From: an uncultured delta proteobacterium
Lineage (GTDB): Bacteria; Desulfobacterota; RBG-13-43-22
Length of the DNA stretch: 64,000 bases
Assembly (NCBI GenBank): GCA_963790475.1
Contig: CAWBOS010000015.1
Span: 224,001-288,000, forward strand
Reading direction: 5' to 3'
In this document: positions 49,682 through 61,184 of the stretch, one piece after another
Numbering within the stretch: the stretch's first letter is position 1
Layout: each line of letters begins with the position of its first letter
Notes under the pieces: generated by a model
Told to the model about the DNA's origin: nothing
Seen by the model: only the letters and a program-made list of their open reading frames with translations
The model's database searches: none
Position numbers and translations under genes: made by a program

Positions 49682-51163
49682 TCATTCTATCCAGTCGAAA
49701 GTCCGCGAGACGGCCTTTTTCCATCCGCCATAGAGTCCTTCCCGTTTCGAGGCCTCCATTTGGGGGTTCCATTCTTTGTCTCTGCCCCAGTTGAGACGCA
49801 ATTCATCCAAATTTTTCCAAAAGCCAACGGCCAGCCCGGCGGCATAAGCGGCGCCCAAGGCCGTGGTTTCCGCCACCTGGGGACGGATAACCGGCACGTT
49901 CAGCATATCCGCCTGAAATTGCATCAACAGTTCGTTGAAGACCATACCACCGTCCACCTTGAGGGCCTTCAGCCGGACGCCGGAATCCTTTTCCATGGCG
50001 TCAAGTACTTCTCGGGTCTGGTAGGCGGTGGCTTCCAGCACGGCCCGCGCAATGTGCCCCTTGTTGATATAGCGGGTCAGGCCTACGATAACCCCCCGGG
50101 CGTCCGATCTCCAGTAAGGAGCGAACAGTCCGGAAAAGGCCGGGACGAAATAAATTCCGCCGTTGTCTTCCACCGTACCGGCCAACGCTTCAACGTCGGC
50201 GGATTTGGCAACCAGGCCCAGGTTGTCGCGCAACCACTGGACCAGGGCCCCGGCAATCGCGATTGATCCTTCCAGGGCATAGACGGCCTTCTGAGGACCG
50301 ATCTTGTAACCGACAGTGGTCAGCAGTCCGCTGTTGCTGGGCACCGGGAGTTCGCCCATGTTTAACAGCATGAAACAGCCGGTCCCATAAGTGTTCTTGG
50401 CCTCGCCGGGATTAAAACAGGTCTGCCCGAATAGGGCCGCTTGCTGGTCGCCCAGATCACCCCCCACCGGCACGCCCCGAAGAATATCCTTCGCCTCCCC
50501 ATAGACTTCCGACGATGAACGAATCTTCGGAAGCATGGCCCGGGGAATATTCAGCAACTGCAGGATTTCTTCATCCCAGTCAAGACTGTTCAAGTTCATC
50601 AGCAGAGTGCGCGAGGCATTAGTTACATCGGTGATGTGAACGCCGGTCAGATTCCAGATAAACCAGGTATCAATATTTCCGAAAAGCAATTCGCCGTTCT
50701 CGGCCTTTTTTTGGGCACCCGGGACATGGTCCAGGATCCATTTTATTTTAGGCCCGGAGAAATAGGTGGCCAACGGCAGGCCGGTTTTGCCACGCAGACG
50801 GTCCTGGCCGCCATGCCTGGCCAGCTCCTGGCAGATGAGGTCGGTGCGGGTGTCCTGCCAGACAATGGCATTATAAACCGGAACGCCGGTAGACTTCTCC
50901 CAGACCACCGTTGTTTCACGCTGGTTGGTCACCCCGACGGCCGCAATATCGCTGAGGGAGACACCGATTTTTGTCAAGGCTTCGCGGATCACTTCCCGGG
51001 TGTTGTTCCATATCTCCAGGGGATCGTGTTCCACCCAGCCCGGTTGAGGAAATATCTGCCGGTGCTCTTTCTGCGCCAACCCGGCGACCCGGCCGCTGTG
51101 ATCAAAGAGGATGAACCGGTTGCTGGTCGTTCCCAGATCCACTGCACCGATGTATTTGGCCAT
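49682..51163 (-). CDS. glpK: Glycerol kinase
   Basis: [41 protein letters not shown]. Confidence 0.96.
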   Translation of the reverse strand: MAKYIGAVDLGTTSNRFILFDHSGRVAGLAQKEHRQIFPQPGWVEHDPLEIWNNTREVIREALTKIGVSLSDIAAVGVTNQRETTVVWEKSTGVPVYNAIVWQDTRTDLICQELARHGGQDRLRGKTGLPLATYFSGPKIKWILDHVPGAQKKAENGELLFGNIDTWFIWNLTGVHITDVTNASRTLLMNLNSLDWDEEILQLLNIPRAMLPKIRSSSEVYGEAKDILRGVPVGGDLGDQQAALFGQTCFNPGEAKNTYGTGCFMLLNMGELPVPSNSGLLTTVGYKIGPQKAVYALEGSIAIAGALVQWLRDNLGLVAKSADVEALAGTVEDNGGIYFVPAFSGLFAPYWRSDARGVIVGLTRYINKGHIARAVLEATAYQTREVLDAMEKDSGVRLKALKVDGGMVFNELLMQFQADMLNVPVIRPQVAETTALGAAYAAGLAVGFWKNLDELRLNWGRDKEWNPQMEASKREGLYGGWKKAVSRTFDWIE

Positions 51164-51194
51164 GGTTTGCTCTCCTAAAAAAAAAATATAGTCT

Positions 51195-51263
51195 GGAGTT
51201 ATGAGTTCGGAGTAAATAGTTCGGAGCAAAACCTAATGACTCTGAACTCCGAACACCGAACTC
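51195..51263. repeat. Inverted arrays of degenerate heptamers
   Basis: GAGTTCG-like units followed by CCGAACT-like units. Confidence 0.55.
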
Positions 51264-51267
51264 GCAT

Positions 51268-52875
51268 TTACTGATTTTGAAGATGCTCCGCCAGATAGGT
51301 ATAGATATCCTTTACGCTCATATCAATATCTTCTCCCAGTTTAGCACAACTCAGATGAATCCGGCATTTGGGACAGGCGGTAATCAGTTCTTTGGCGCCG
51401 GTTTGCTGCGCTTCTAATAGACGTTCGGTCTGGATGGCCTTGGAACAACTGGAGCATTCCGTCCAGGCGCTTGTCCCGCAGCAAAGGGCATTTTCCCGGT
51501 TCCGCTCCATCTCTATGAGTTCTGTTCCGGGAACAAGTTTTAATAATTGCCTTGGCGGTTCATAAATCCCGGCCCCCCGTCCCAGTCGGCAGGAGTCCTG
51601 ATAGGTGATTACCCCCCCGGAAGACGGTCGCAGCTCCAATCCGGCTTTCGGTATTTCTCGAGCGAAAAATTCGGTCAGATGAACCACTTCAAAGGGCAGT
51701 TTCCCAAAGTATTTAGGGTAAGAATACTTAAAAGTCGCGTACCCCTCCGGGCAACTGAACAAAACGGTTTTGGCTCCGGAGGCTTTAATGACCTCCAGAT
51801 TCCATAAGGCCAACTCGCGGAAGGTATCCTCTTCCCCGCACCAGAGGGCATCGTGTCCGCAGCACCTTTCGTCATTGCTGATGACCGGCTCTATTCCAAT
51901 TCGGTTCAGCAAGGTCAGTGCACTCCGGGCGCTGTCTAAAGGTAAAATATTCAAATAGCGAAAGGTGATATCGAAATACGGCAGGCAGCCGACAAAAAAG
52001 AAATAGTCCCCCTTTGATTTGAAATGACCTGCCTTTTCCGCCCAGGTTGTTCTTTTCTGCGAAAGGGGATGTCTATGCAGACGGGCAATGACCTGTTGAA
52101 TCCCATGATGGCTTTCCATGGGGACATTCCCGGTTTTCCGAGCCCGGTTTCGAAAAGTACGGTTGAATTCCGCGATATCGATCCGGGCCGGACAGCGCGT
52201 ATTGCATTGGCCACACCCCAGACAGGACCAGACCTCGCGGCTCTGCAGAATCTCGTCATCGAGCCCCATAGCGGTTTGATTAATGATCCGCTTGGGGGAG
52301 AAGCGGGGATTTTCACGGTTCACCGGACAAGTCGCGTTACAACTGCTGCATTCCATACAAGCGGCAATCTGCTCTTTGCTCAGTTGGGGCGGCCCGTTTT
52401 CAAACACCTGGTAATCCGGAGGCACTACCCCGGAGAGATCCCATTTTCTATAATCTTGAAGGGGTTTTTCTTTCAGCCCTTGGAGAAATTGAGTAAAATC
52501 CTGGATCTCCCTGGCGAACTCGGCCCCTTCCGAGGCGGAAATCCATTTGACCCTGAGCCGACGTTCTTCAATTCCCAAAAGCCGCAGATACCCCTGGGTT
52601 TCTTCGATCACCCGTTGGCATTTCACATTACCTTCCAGGTAATGGCAATCGCCGATGTGTCAGCCGGCGACCAGGACGCCCTGGGCACCTTCGGCAAAGG
52701 CCTTCAGAAGGAAGCCGGAATGAATCCTTCCCGTGCACATCAATCGAATCAAGCGCACATTCGGTGGATACTGGATTCGTGAAATCCCCGCCAGATCGGC
52801 CCCGGCATAGGCGCACCAGTGACAGACAAAGGCGAGAATTTCAGGCGGATCGGTTAAAGGCATGCATGGCTCCAA
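51268..52875 (-). CDS. Selenocysteine-containing MvhD/FlpD fused to HdrD/GlpC-type (2x4Fe-4S + 2xCCG) protein
   Basis: C.WC.YAGAD, MCTGR, GVLVAG-TGA-HIGDCHY..GN reads in frame into CxxCxxCxxxCP x2 and two CCG motifs. Confidence 0.9.
52626..52644 (-). promoter_or_regulatory. Candidate bacterial SECIS hairpin
   Basis: CATTACC-TGGAA-GGTAATG, separated from the in-frame TGA (52660-52662) by 15 nt. Confidence 0.65.
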
Positions 52876-52934
52876 AATTCATTCTTAATTTTTCTTTTCC
52901 GAACGAATCGAAATTGAAAACTTTAACAACCTTA

Positions 52935-53136
52935 TTCACCGCAAAGGCGCGAAGGACGCAAAGAAGGATTATTATTGATTGCCGGTAAGGGGCCGGCAAT
53001 CAATAAGCTTCGCCTGCACCTTCCGGTAATTATTTGGCCGGGGGCCGATGTCCCGCCTTGGCGGGATTCAATGCCGCCTCTCACGGGATTGAACAATATA
53101 GATGGTTTTCTCTGCGTTCTTTGCGTCTGCGGTGAA
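52935..53136. repeat. Nested palindromic element 1
   Basis: Outer imperfect IR, 14-bp hairpin (loop TAAGGGG), short central hairpin, 10-bp hairpin (loop CCTCTCA). Confidence 0.8.
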
Positions 53137-53149
53137 AAACTCTTCTCAA

Positions 53150-56100
53150 TCACGAACGAAAGGCCCTGATCATGCCCTCAATCTGATCGTCCTGAAAATG
53201 AGCCGGGGAGACCGCGCCCGTGGGGCAGACCACATTACAGGCCCCGCACCCCGTGCACAAACTTTCATTGACCACAGCCCTTTTCCGTCCCTCCTCATCT
53301 GTCTTGGACTTTTATGGCCTCAAACAAACAGGTCTTCTCGCATTCTCCGCAGGCCCGGCAGAGATCCATATCCACCTGGGCAATCATCCCCTCGGCAGTC
53401 ATCATTTTTTTGGACAGAACCGTCATGGCCCTGGAGACGGCCCCTCGGGCCTGGGTGATCGATTCAGAGGCGAATTTGGGACCTTGAGCCAGACCACACA
53501 AATAAAAACCCGGTTTGATGAAATCAAGGGGCCTGAGTTTCGGATGGGCCTCCATGAAAAAACCATCCTGATCCAGGGGGAGCCGCATAGTTTCCGCCAG
53601 CTTCTGACCTTCAGGGTTTGGACGAATAGCTGAGTTCAAAACCAAAAGGTCCGCTTCCAACCGGACAGGCATCCGAAGTTGTTGGTCAAAAACGGTCAAG
53701 CTTAGCCTTTCCTCTTCGATGCTCACTTCCGGTTTTTGATCTCTCACATACTGGAAAAAGCGGACCCCCTTGATCCGGGCCTGTCGATAATAGGACTCGC
53801 GAAGGCCGAAGGTGCGCAGGTCACGATATAAAATAGAAACCTGCACCCCCGGATTCAATGATTTCAGTTTCAAGCTGTTCTTCACTGCCCCGGTGCAGCA
53901 CACACGGCTGCAATAAAGATGATCCGGTTCCCGGGAGCCCACACACTGAATCATCACCACCCGCGAATATTTTTTAATTTCCTCCGGTCTCAAGGCCAGA
54001 AGGGATTCAAAAGTCTTGCGGGTGATGACCCGCGGGTGACTTCCGTAATGATATTCATCCGGTTCATATTCCCGGCCGCCGACGGCGACTATGGTCACCC
54101 CATGAACGATTTCCCTGGATTCATCCCCGGCCAATATCGTCGTTGTAAAATGACCGCAGGCGCCCTTGGTCTCGACCACCTGGGCATTGGTGAAAACAGT
54201 AATCAAAGGTTCCTTGTCAACTTTACTGATCAGGAGTTCCACATACTCGGCCGGATTGGCCCCATCTTCGGTGAAATAAAGGTCACGTGCATTCCCCCCT
54301 AACTCATCGGTCCTCTCCACTAACACCGCCTCGTATCCCTGTTCGGCGATGGTTAAGGCGGCGGTCAGCCCGGCCAGACCCCCACCGACTATCAAAGCCC
54401 TTTGAACGACCGGATAGGTCGTTTCCGGCAAGGGGTTCAACAGTCGGGACCGGGCGATGGACATCCGCACCAGATCTTTGGCCTTTTGAGTGGCAGCCTT
54501 CGGATCCAAACGATGTACCCAGGAATCATGTTCGCGAATATTGGCCAGGTCGAAAAGATAGGGATTGAGTCCCGCCTGCCTCAAGGTGCTCTGAAAAAGC
54601 GGTTCATGGGTCCGCGGCGTGCAGGCCGCGGCCACGATACGATTAAGCCCGTGTTCGGCGATGGCTTTCCTGATTTCGTTCTGTTGATCGGTGGAACAGG
54701 CGAACATGCAATCCGCGGCATAGACGACATCAGGAAGACCTCGGGCATACTCAGCCACCGCTTTGACATCCACCACACCGGCAATGTTGATTCCGCAGTG
54801 GCAGATAAAGACACCAATTCGCGGTTTTTCATGGGACACATCTCTTTCCTTCGGTAGAGGGCCGGCTTCAATCATCATTTTGCCTCTGACCTCGGAAAGC
54901 AGGGTCATCGCCTTGGCCGCCGCAGCGCTCCCCTGCTGCACCGAATCGGGAATGTCTTTAGGACCCTGTAAACTCCCGCAAACATAAATCCCTTCCCGGG
55001 AGGTATTGACCATATCCAGGGGATCGGAAACACAAAAGCCGTGGTCATCGAGTTCCAGGCCCATCTTAAGCGCCAGGCTTTTTGCCGAGGGATGGGCACA
55101 GAGGCCGACCGAAAGGACAACCATATCATAAGTCTCTTCCTGAATAAGACGGCTGGAATCTACGTAAGTCAGGTTCAAGGTGTCCTCTTCCGGATTAGGG
55201 ACAATACGAGAGATCATCGACCGGACAAATCGCACTTTATGTTCGGTCTCCGATCTCTCATAGAAACGATCAAATCCTTTTCCGTAGGCCCGAAGGTCGT
55301 TATAGAAAATAGTGGTTTCGGTCCCGGACTCCTGTTCCTTGGTGATCAAGGCCTGTTTTACCGCCGACATGCAGCATACCGAAGAACAATAGTCTTGTCC
55401 GATATGGCTGTCTCTGGAGCCCACGCATTGAATCCAGGCCATTCGCCGGGGTTTCTTTCCATCGGAAATCCGTTGAATACGACCGCCGTAGGGACCGGCG
55501 GCGGATAGTATTCTTTCATATTCGAGACTGGTAATCACATTGGGCCAGCGGCCATAACCGTATTCCGCTTTGCGCCGGGCATCAAAGGGTTCTACGCCCC
55601 CGGCCAGAATAATGGCCCCGGTTTTCAAAAGGATGGTTTCATCCTCCTGTTCAAAATCAACAGCTTTGGTTGGACATATTTTTTCACAGATACGGCATTG
55701 ACCTTCGGTGAAGTAGCGGCAAAACCGCTTATCAATGGTATAAACCAGGGGGACCGCCTGGGGATAGGGAATGGAAATGGCCCGGCGATGATTCAAGCCC
55801 AGATTGAAAGAATCGGGGACTTTCATCGGGCACTTTTCCGCACAAAGGCCGCAGCCGATACATTTTTCAGGATCGACGGCCCGGGCCTTTTTTTTAAGGG
55901 ATAACTGAAATCGCCCGGCATGGCCTTCCAACCCAAGCACCTCGGTAAAGGCCAGAATTTCAATATTGGGATTTTGGGTCAGCTCAACCAGTTTAGGACC
56001 CATCATGCAGGCCGCACAATCATCGGTAGGAAAGGTCTTGTCCAGTTGGGCCATGATGCCGCCCACATTGGGCTTCTCCTCCACCAGATGGACTTTAAAA

Positions 56101-56192
56101 CCCGAGTTGGCGGCATCCAGGGTCGCTTGAATACCGGCGATGCCCCCGCCGATGACAGTGATGGAGCCGATTTTTTTGGAATCCTTATTCAA
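53150..56192 (-). CDS. hdrA: Heterodisulfide reductase subunit A-like flavoprotein (long form); frameshift near 53290
   Basis: Two GxGxxG, LDKTFPT.DC, IQCVGSR..YCS.VCC twice, CHCG.NI, CTPRTHE; last CTGCGAC..VCP in another frame to 53150. Confidence 0.92.
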
Positions 56193-56265
56193 ACCAGTCC
56201 TCTTTTAAATACCTTTTTACCTGATCCGAAAAAGTCGAAGCTAATGAAAGCTGAATCAAACCGTC

Positions 56266-56507
56266 CTCTCGCCCGCTCCCCTCGGTCACTTGAGCACACA
56301 GAGATCGCAAAGAAAACCTTCCTATCTGGTCTGATTTCCTGAGAGGGGAAATCAGACCACCATTCTCGGCCTATGGCACCTGAAATTCCGGCCAGTCTTC
56401 TTTGGAGAAAACATCTTTTCGGCTATAGCCGAATGAGACGTCTTGAACAGAAGCGGCCTCTCCCCGCTTCCGTTCTAACTCTGTGTACTCTGGGCGCTCT
56501 GTGAGAG
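56266..56507. repeat. Nested palindromic element 2
   Basis: Outer IR (CACAGAG/CTCTGTG type), 13-bp hairpin (loop TGAGAGG), central palindrome, 12-bp hairpin (loop CCTCTCC). Confidence 0.8.
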
Positions 56508-56519
56508 ATAAAATTTTTT

Positions 56520-57386
56520 TCATGAAGGACCTAACAGCCCCAATTCACGCAAGAGGGGCAATGGATCGGTAATATGCTTGGAAAGCCCTTTTTTCACGCC
56601 CTCCACCCCTAAGGCCAATCCGATCAACTCGGTAAAATAATAAATAGGAAGGGGTGATTCTTCTCTCGAAGCACTTCCCGCCCTTTCAAGGTGCATATCC
56701 AGATTGGCCTGACACATCTGGCAGGAAACCATAACTCCCTGGGCGCCGACCCGCCGAGCCATATCCAAAATTTTTTCCACTAGACTCAGCTCAACACGCC
56801 TCAAAGAAAGGGCCTGTGAGGCACCGCAGCAATCCGTTTTATAGGGCCAGGGGATTGGCGTCGCCCCCAGATTGGCGACAATGCGGTCCAGGGCTTGGGG
56901 ATCTTCGTAATCTGTAGCCCCGGTGATCTCCGGCGGCCGGTTGGCCATGCAACCGTAATAACAGACTACCTTTAACCCCTCGAGGGGCTTCCGGATTTTT
57001 TTGGCCACGGCTTCCAACATCTTTTCCGTGGCAAAAAAATTGGCCAGATCCCAGATGGCAGGAACCGAATGCGGCAACGTTATTCCCAAGCGATTATTTT
57101 GATCCTGCTGTAAGGTGTAAGAGGCCCTCTTCAAACGATTGAAACACATGGGACAGGGAACCAGCATTTCTGAATGGGGCATTTCCGCTGCCAAGGTCAA
57201 GGTCCTGGCGGCCAGGGCAACGCTGACCCGGCGATCAAGGCTGTGGGCTGCAGTGGCCCCGCAGCAGTTCCAATCCGGAATTTCATCCAGTTCAATGTCC
57301 AGAAAATCGCAAAGACCGGCGACGGATTCGGCATAATCTTTGGCCGTTCCTTTGAGAGAACATCCCGGATAATAAGTAAATTTCAT
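56520..57386 (-). CDS. hdrB: Heterodisulfide reductase subunit B
   Basis: YYPGCS, DWNCCGA, YYGC, CCGA, CQMCQANLD. Confidence 0.93.
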   Translation of the reverse strand: MKFTYYPGCSLKGTAKDYAESVAGLCDFLDIELDEIPDWNCCGATAAHSLDRRVSVALAARTLTLAAEMPHSEMLVPCPMCFNRLKRASYTLQQDQNNRLGITLPHSVPAIWDLANFFATEKMLEAVAKKIRKPLEGLKVVCYYGCMANRPPEITGATDYEDPQALDRIVANLGATPIPWPYKTDCCGASQALSLRRVELSLVEKILDMARRVGAQGVMVSCQMCQANLDMHLERAGSASREESPLPIYYFTELIGLALGVEGVKKGLSKHITDPLPLLRELGLLGPS

Positions 57387-57391
57387 CAGAT

Positions 57392-57970
57392 TTATTTCCC
57401 CGGACTGCTTTTACTAAAAATTCGGTTTATCTCTTTTTTGTTTTTGTTCTTTGAAGGCCGAAAGGGCATTCGGCCTTTGGAAAACAACTTCCATCCCAAT
57501 CCAAGTTCCGCCACCAGGGTGCGGTCTTTCCACTTACCGAGGAGCTGACCGCTTTTCAGCAGATAGGTCGGCAGGAGGGTAGTTTCAAACACCCGGCCCT
57601 GTTTCTTGATTTGTTTTAAAAAGCTTTGATGCCATTGTAAAACCTGAGGCTCCGGGCAGGGAATATTTTCCCGAACGGCTATTTCCTTGAGTTGATCCAT
57701 GAGTTCGGCGATCCGAACCTCATTAGGACAGCGGGTGGTACAGGTTTCACAAGCCGCGCACACCCAGATGGTTTTGCAGTTCAGCACTCTTTCCCGCTGA
57801 CCCAGGATCACCAGGCGGATAACTTCATCGGGAAATAAGTCCATGGCAAAAGCCACCGGACAGCCGTTGGTACACTTACGGCATTGGAAGCAGGCCCCGG
57901 CTTGAAACGGCCCTTCTTTTTCCAAGGTTTCTAATAATCGATAATCTGGCGATAAGGTTTCCTGCACCAT
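57392..57970 (-). CDS. hdrC: Heterodisulfide reductase subunit C
   Basis: CFQCRKCTNGCP, IWVCAACETCTTRCP. Confidence 0.93.
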   Translation of the reverse strand: MVQETLSPDYRLLETLEKEGPFQAGACFQCRKCTNGCPVAFAMDLFPDEVIRLVILGQRERVLNCKTIWVCAACETCTTRCPNEVRIAELMDQLKEIAVRENIPCPEPQVLQWHQSFLKQIKKQGRVFETTLLPTYLLKSGQLLGKWKDRTLVAELGLGWKLFSKGRMPFRPSKNKNKKEINRIFSKSSPGK

Positions 57971-58127
57971 ACTGATTCCATGTTATTTAATTAATAAATC
58001 ATAAACATAATTTTTGCCGCGACGAGACCGGCGAATGCAGACCAAACGACCGATTTTTGCCGGACAATTGTCGTCCAGCAAAATTATGTGTGGGTCCGTG
58101 TCAAAAAAATACTTCTTAAAAAATATA

Positions 58128-59426
58128 TTAATGGTTCTCTCTTTTCACAATTTCGATAAAAGCCTTGACCGCCCCCAAGGCCGTGGCCACAGCCAGCCCG
58201 GTGCCGCATTTCTCCCTTTTCCAATCCTGATGAGCCAGAATGGAACCGGCTGCAAACAGGGCAGAAAAGGCCGGTGTTCCATGACGATTCAGCGGACGGA
58301 AATGTTCGTCGATCTCCACTCCGGCCTGGTTTATCGGATGTCCCTGTCGGTCAAAAAAATCATCCCGGTGCCACATTTTTCTGCTCTCGGGTTGGTAAAC
58401 ATGGAGATTGAATATCGTTTCCCGAATAAATTTTCGATCAGCGGCCAACCCTCCGCCGAAAAATCGGCCCGTGGCCAGGATGACCCCAGAGGAAATAATC
58501 GTCTGCTTTCCGGTGGTCCTGTCGATTCCGAGCTCAAATGCTCCACCCGATCCCTGTCGGGCTTCAACCACTTTTTCTTGGGAAAAATAGCAGGGCCTTA
58601 TTTCACGCAGCCCCCGTTCAAAGGCCTCTTTCAGACGAAGCCCGGGAATAGAAGGGGGCATGGTCGGAATTTCAAAGACCGGAACGCCGAGCAACTCCGT
58701 TAAATCAGAAATCACCTTTGAGGATTGATACAATCCTAAAACGGCAGGAAGTCCGACGCATTTTGCTCCTTTAATCTCCGGCCGTATCACTCGGGCCAGC
58801 TTCTCCCGATTGCCCCCCAGAACCAGGGCATTGGCCATATGTTCCGGCAATACTTCCTCCCGGTGTCCTTTTCCAGGAAACATAACCCGGGCAGTTCGCA
58901 ACCCCGGCCATCGGTCCTTCAAATTTTCAGCAATCAAACCGGCACTGAACCCTTTGAGTCCTTTGAATTCGACGATCAGGCAGGGGCGCTTCTGCGCCAA
59001 GGCCTCCACCCCTGCCCACATAGTCCGAGGCAGGCAATAGGTTGTCTTGACCGTTCCCAAAGGGGTAACGATTCGGACATTGCCAGCGGGATTCCTGGAA
59101 TAGGGAAGCCCTACCCCGTCCAAAAAATCCAATAATTCGTCAAGGGCTTCTTGAATTTCTTTTTTTGGTGTCCGGGCATAGGGGTGTCCGGGTACATCCC
59201 TGGCCAAGGTTTCAATTCCGGCCCAGGGATCATCCCCTTGCTTCCCTTCTCTTATCGGATGAACGCTGAATAAATCAAAAAAACCGCTGGCTAATCCGAT
59301 TTCACTGGTGTGGCCCACCTGGGCCACTGAAAGACCCCTGTTAGCGGCGAAGAGAGTAGCCGCCATACCGGCCATACCGGCTCCGATGATGGTTAAATCG
59401 ACTTTTATATGTTCTGCTTCGGACAT
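58128..59426 (-). CDS. glpB: Anaerobic glycerol-3-phosphate dehydrogenase subunit B
   Basis: GAGMAG, HPY, PAVLG, EIPTMPPSIPGLRL, LATGRFFGGGL, G.G.A..T. Confidence 0.92.
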   Translation of the reverse strand: MSEAEHIKVDLTIIGAGMAGMAATLFAANRGLSVAQVGHTSEIGLASGFFDLFSVHPIREGKQGDDPWAGIETLARDVPGHPYARTPKKEIQEALDELLDFLDGVGLPYSRNPAGNVRIVTPLGTVKTTYCLPRTMWAGVEALAQKRPCLIVEFKGLKGFSAGLIAENLKDRWPGLRTARVMFPGKGHREEVLPEHMANALVLGGNREKLARVIRPEIKGAKCVGLPAVLGLYQSSKVISDLTELLGVPVFEIPTMPPSIPGLRLKEAFERGLREIRPCYFSQEKVVEARQGSGGAFELGIDRTTGKQTIISSGVILATGRFFGGGLAADRKFIRETIFNLHVYQPESRKMWHRDDFFDRQGHPINQAGVEIDEHFRPLNRHGTPAFSALFAAGSILAHQDWKREKCGTGLAVATALGAVKAFIEIVKRENH

Positions 59427-59528
59427 CTTATGAAAATTTCTAGCATTTATCTTCAGTTTGAAAATAGAGCATTCAAGGCTATGGCCTCTAATCTGAATTC
59501 TGACTCCTGGATTCTGTATTCTATAATT

Positions 59529-61109
59529 TCACTCCTCCAATTCTAATCCGAACAACCCGCAGTGCATGGCCTCCAACAGTTCGGCCTGTTGAAGCTGTTG
59601 GCCCCAGAGGATTGGACGCAGCCCTTTCCACCGGCTGCGGACAAATTCCCTGAGGCTGTCCAAGGACTGTCCGACATCAGACTCCCCCCGATCAAACAGG
59701 TAGGCGGTCAGACGGGGCCCGCAAAAAGCACCCTGGCAAGGGCCCTTGCCGATTCGGCTGCGCAATCCGATTCCCTGAAGGTCTGCTTTTTCCCCCTGGT
59801 TACGGATGGAACCGGCAATCGAATCAACGGCACTCCTGGGAACCATCTCACACTCACAGAGAATAATATCCTCCGGATCATGCCCTTTCATCCATATCTT
59901 GGGAGCCGAGGCGGGTTCAGTCCACCGGCCGGGCTGGGATGCCGGTAACGGTTCGGTTCGGGTAAGACAGGGTTTTGAGATTCCCAGGTGTTGACAAACC
60001 AGGTCGGCTGTCTTTTCGGCCATTAGTCGATAAGTGGTCAGCTTTCCCCCGCTGATGGTGATAAAGTTCTCGACACCCTGTGGGCCGTGATCCATGAGGG
60101 TAAAACCACGGCTGACTTTGCGATCATCCCCCTCTCCCGGTAAACCAATTAACGGCCGCACACCGCAATAAGCCCGAATATAACGGGTTGTCTCCAAGGC
60201 CGGGATCATGGCCCCGGCATCTTCCACCATCAAATCGATTTCTTCAACAGTCGGATAGGCCTTTTCCGGACTTTTTATTCGAATAGAGGTGGTGCCCAAA
60301 ATGGAAACCGTCCCCCCCGGAACCAATATGTCGGCATTAGAAGGAGGTCGTAAACGGTTTATAACCTTTCGGGCCAATCGATCATGGGTAATTAACAGAC
60401 TCCCTTTGGAAAAGAGAACCGGAATGGGAATTCCTGCCAGACCGGCCACCAGACCGGCCCAGGCACCGGCGGCATTAATGACCACGTCGGCCTCGACCAG
60501 AATCTTCTCCTCCGTTCGGGTGTTTTGTAATTGAACAGACTTTATTTTGGATGCGCCGATATCAAAAGCTCGAACCTCGGTGTGACTTAACAGGCGGGAG
60601 CCAAGCTGCTGAGCCTGGGCCATATTGTCCAGAGATAATCTAAAGGGATCGATGGCGGCATCCTGGACCTTATAAGCGGCGACGATCAGTTCTGAAAGGA
60701 CCGGCTCCAATTGACGGGCTTCTTTCAAATCAAGCGCTTGAACGGGAACACCGGAACGGTCGCACATTCCCGGAAAATCGGCGACAAAATGCTCGTCATC
60801 TCCCTGAACGGCCACGAACAAACCACCGGTATCTTCGACACATTGGGCGGTAAGGTTTTTCAACAACTTTCCTTCTTCCCGGCACTCCCTGGCCGCCTCA
60901 GGATCGGAGAAGGCATAGCGGGCTCCGCTATGCAAAAGTCCATGGTTTCCCCCTGAAGCACCGGCATTGATGTCTTTTTTTTCAACCACAAGGCACTGAA
61001 CACCGCGCAGGGCCAGGTCCCTCGCCAGACCGGTACCGGTAGCCCCTCCCCCGATGATGAGCGCCTGGGTCTTTATCAGACGATTCTTTGAACTAAGACG
61101 ATCTTCCAC
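59529..61109 (-). CDS. glpA: Anaerobic glycerol-3-phosphate dehydrogenase subunit A (likely GTG start near 61109)
   Basis: GGGATG, NHGLLHSGARY, GGKLTTYRLMAE, C-terminal CECE...G.CQG.FC. Confidence 0.93.
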   Translation of the reverse strand: MEDRLSSKNRLIKTQALIIGGGATGTGLARDLALRGVQCLVVEKKDINAGASGGNHGLLHSGARYAFSDPEAARECREEGKLLKNLTAQCVEDTGGLFVAVQGDDEHFVADFPGMCDRSGVPVQALDLKEARQLEPVLSELIVAAYKVQDAAIDPFRLSLDNMAQAQQLGSRLLSHTEVRAFDIGASKIKSVQLQNTRTEEKILVEADVVINAAGAWAGLVAGLAGIPIPVLFSKGSLLITHDRLARKVINRLRPPSNADILVPGGTVSILGTTSIRIKSPEKAYPTVEEIDLMVEDAGAMIPALETTRYIRAYCGVRPLIGLPGEGDDRKVSRGFTLMDHGPQGVENFITISGGKLTTYRLMAEKTADLVCQHLGISKPCLTRTEPLPASQPGRWTEPASAPKIWMKGHDPEDIILCECEMVPRSAVDSIAGSIRNQGEKADLQGIGLRSRIGKGPCQGAFCGPRLTAYLFDRGESDVGQSLDSLREFVRSRWKGLRPILWGQQLQQAELLEAMHCGLFGLELEE

Positions 61110-61184
61110 TACCACCCCAAAAAATAGAAAAATATTTCTCGAAAAATTTCCCGCATCGAGTATTCTTGAAGATCTTGGATCAAC

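Noticed and set aside
53295-53297. hdrA terminal TGA as selenocysteine
   Set aside because: Not at a Cys position, and the continuation is in a different frame, so this is a frameshift.
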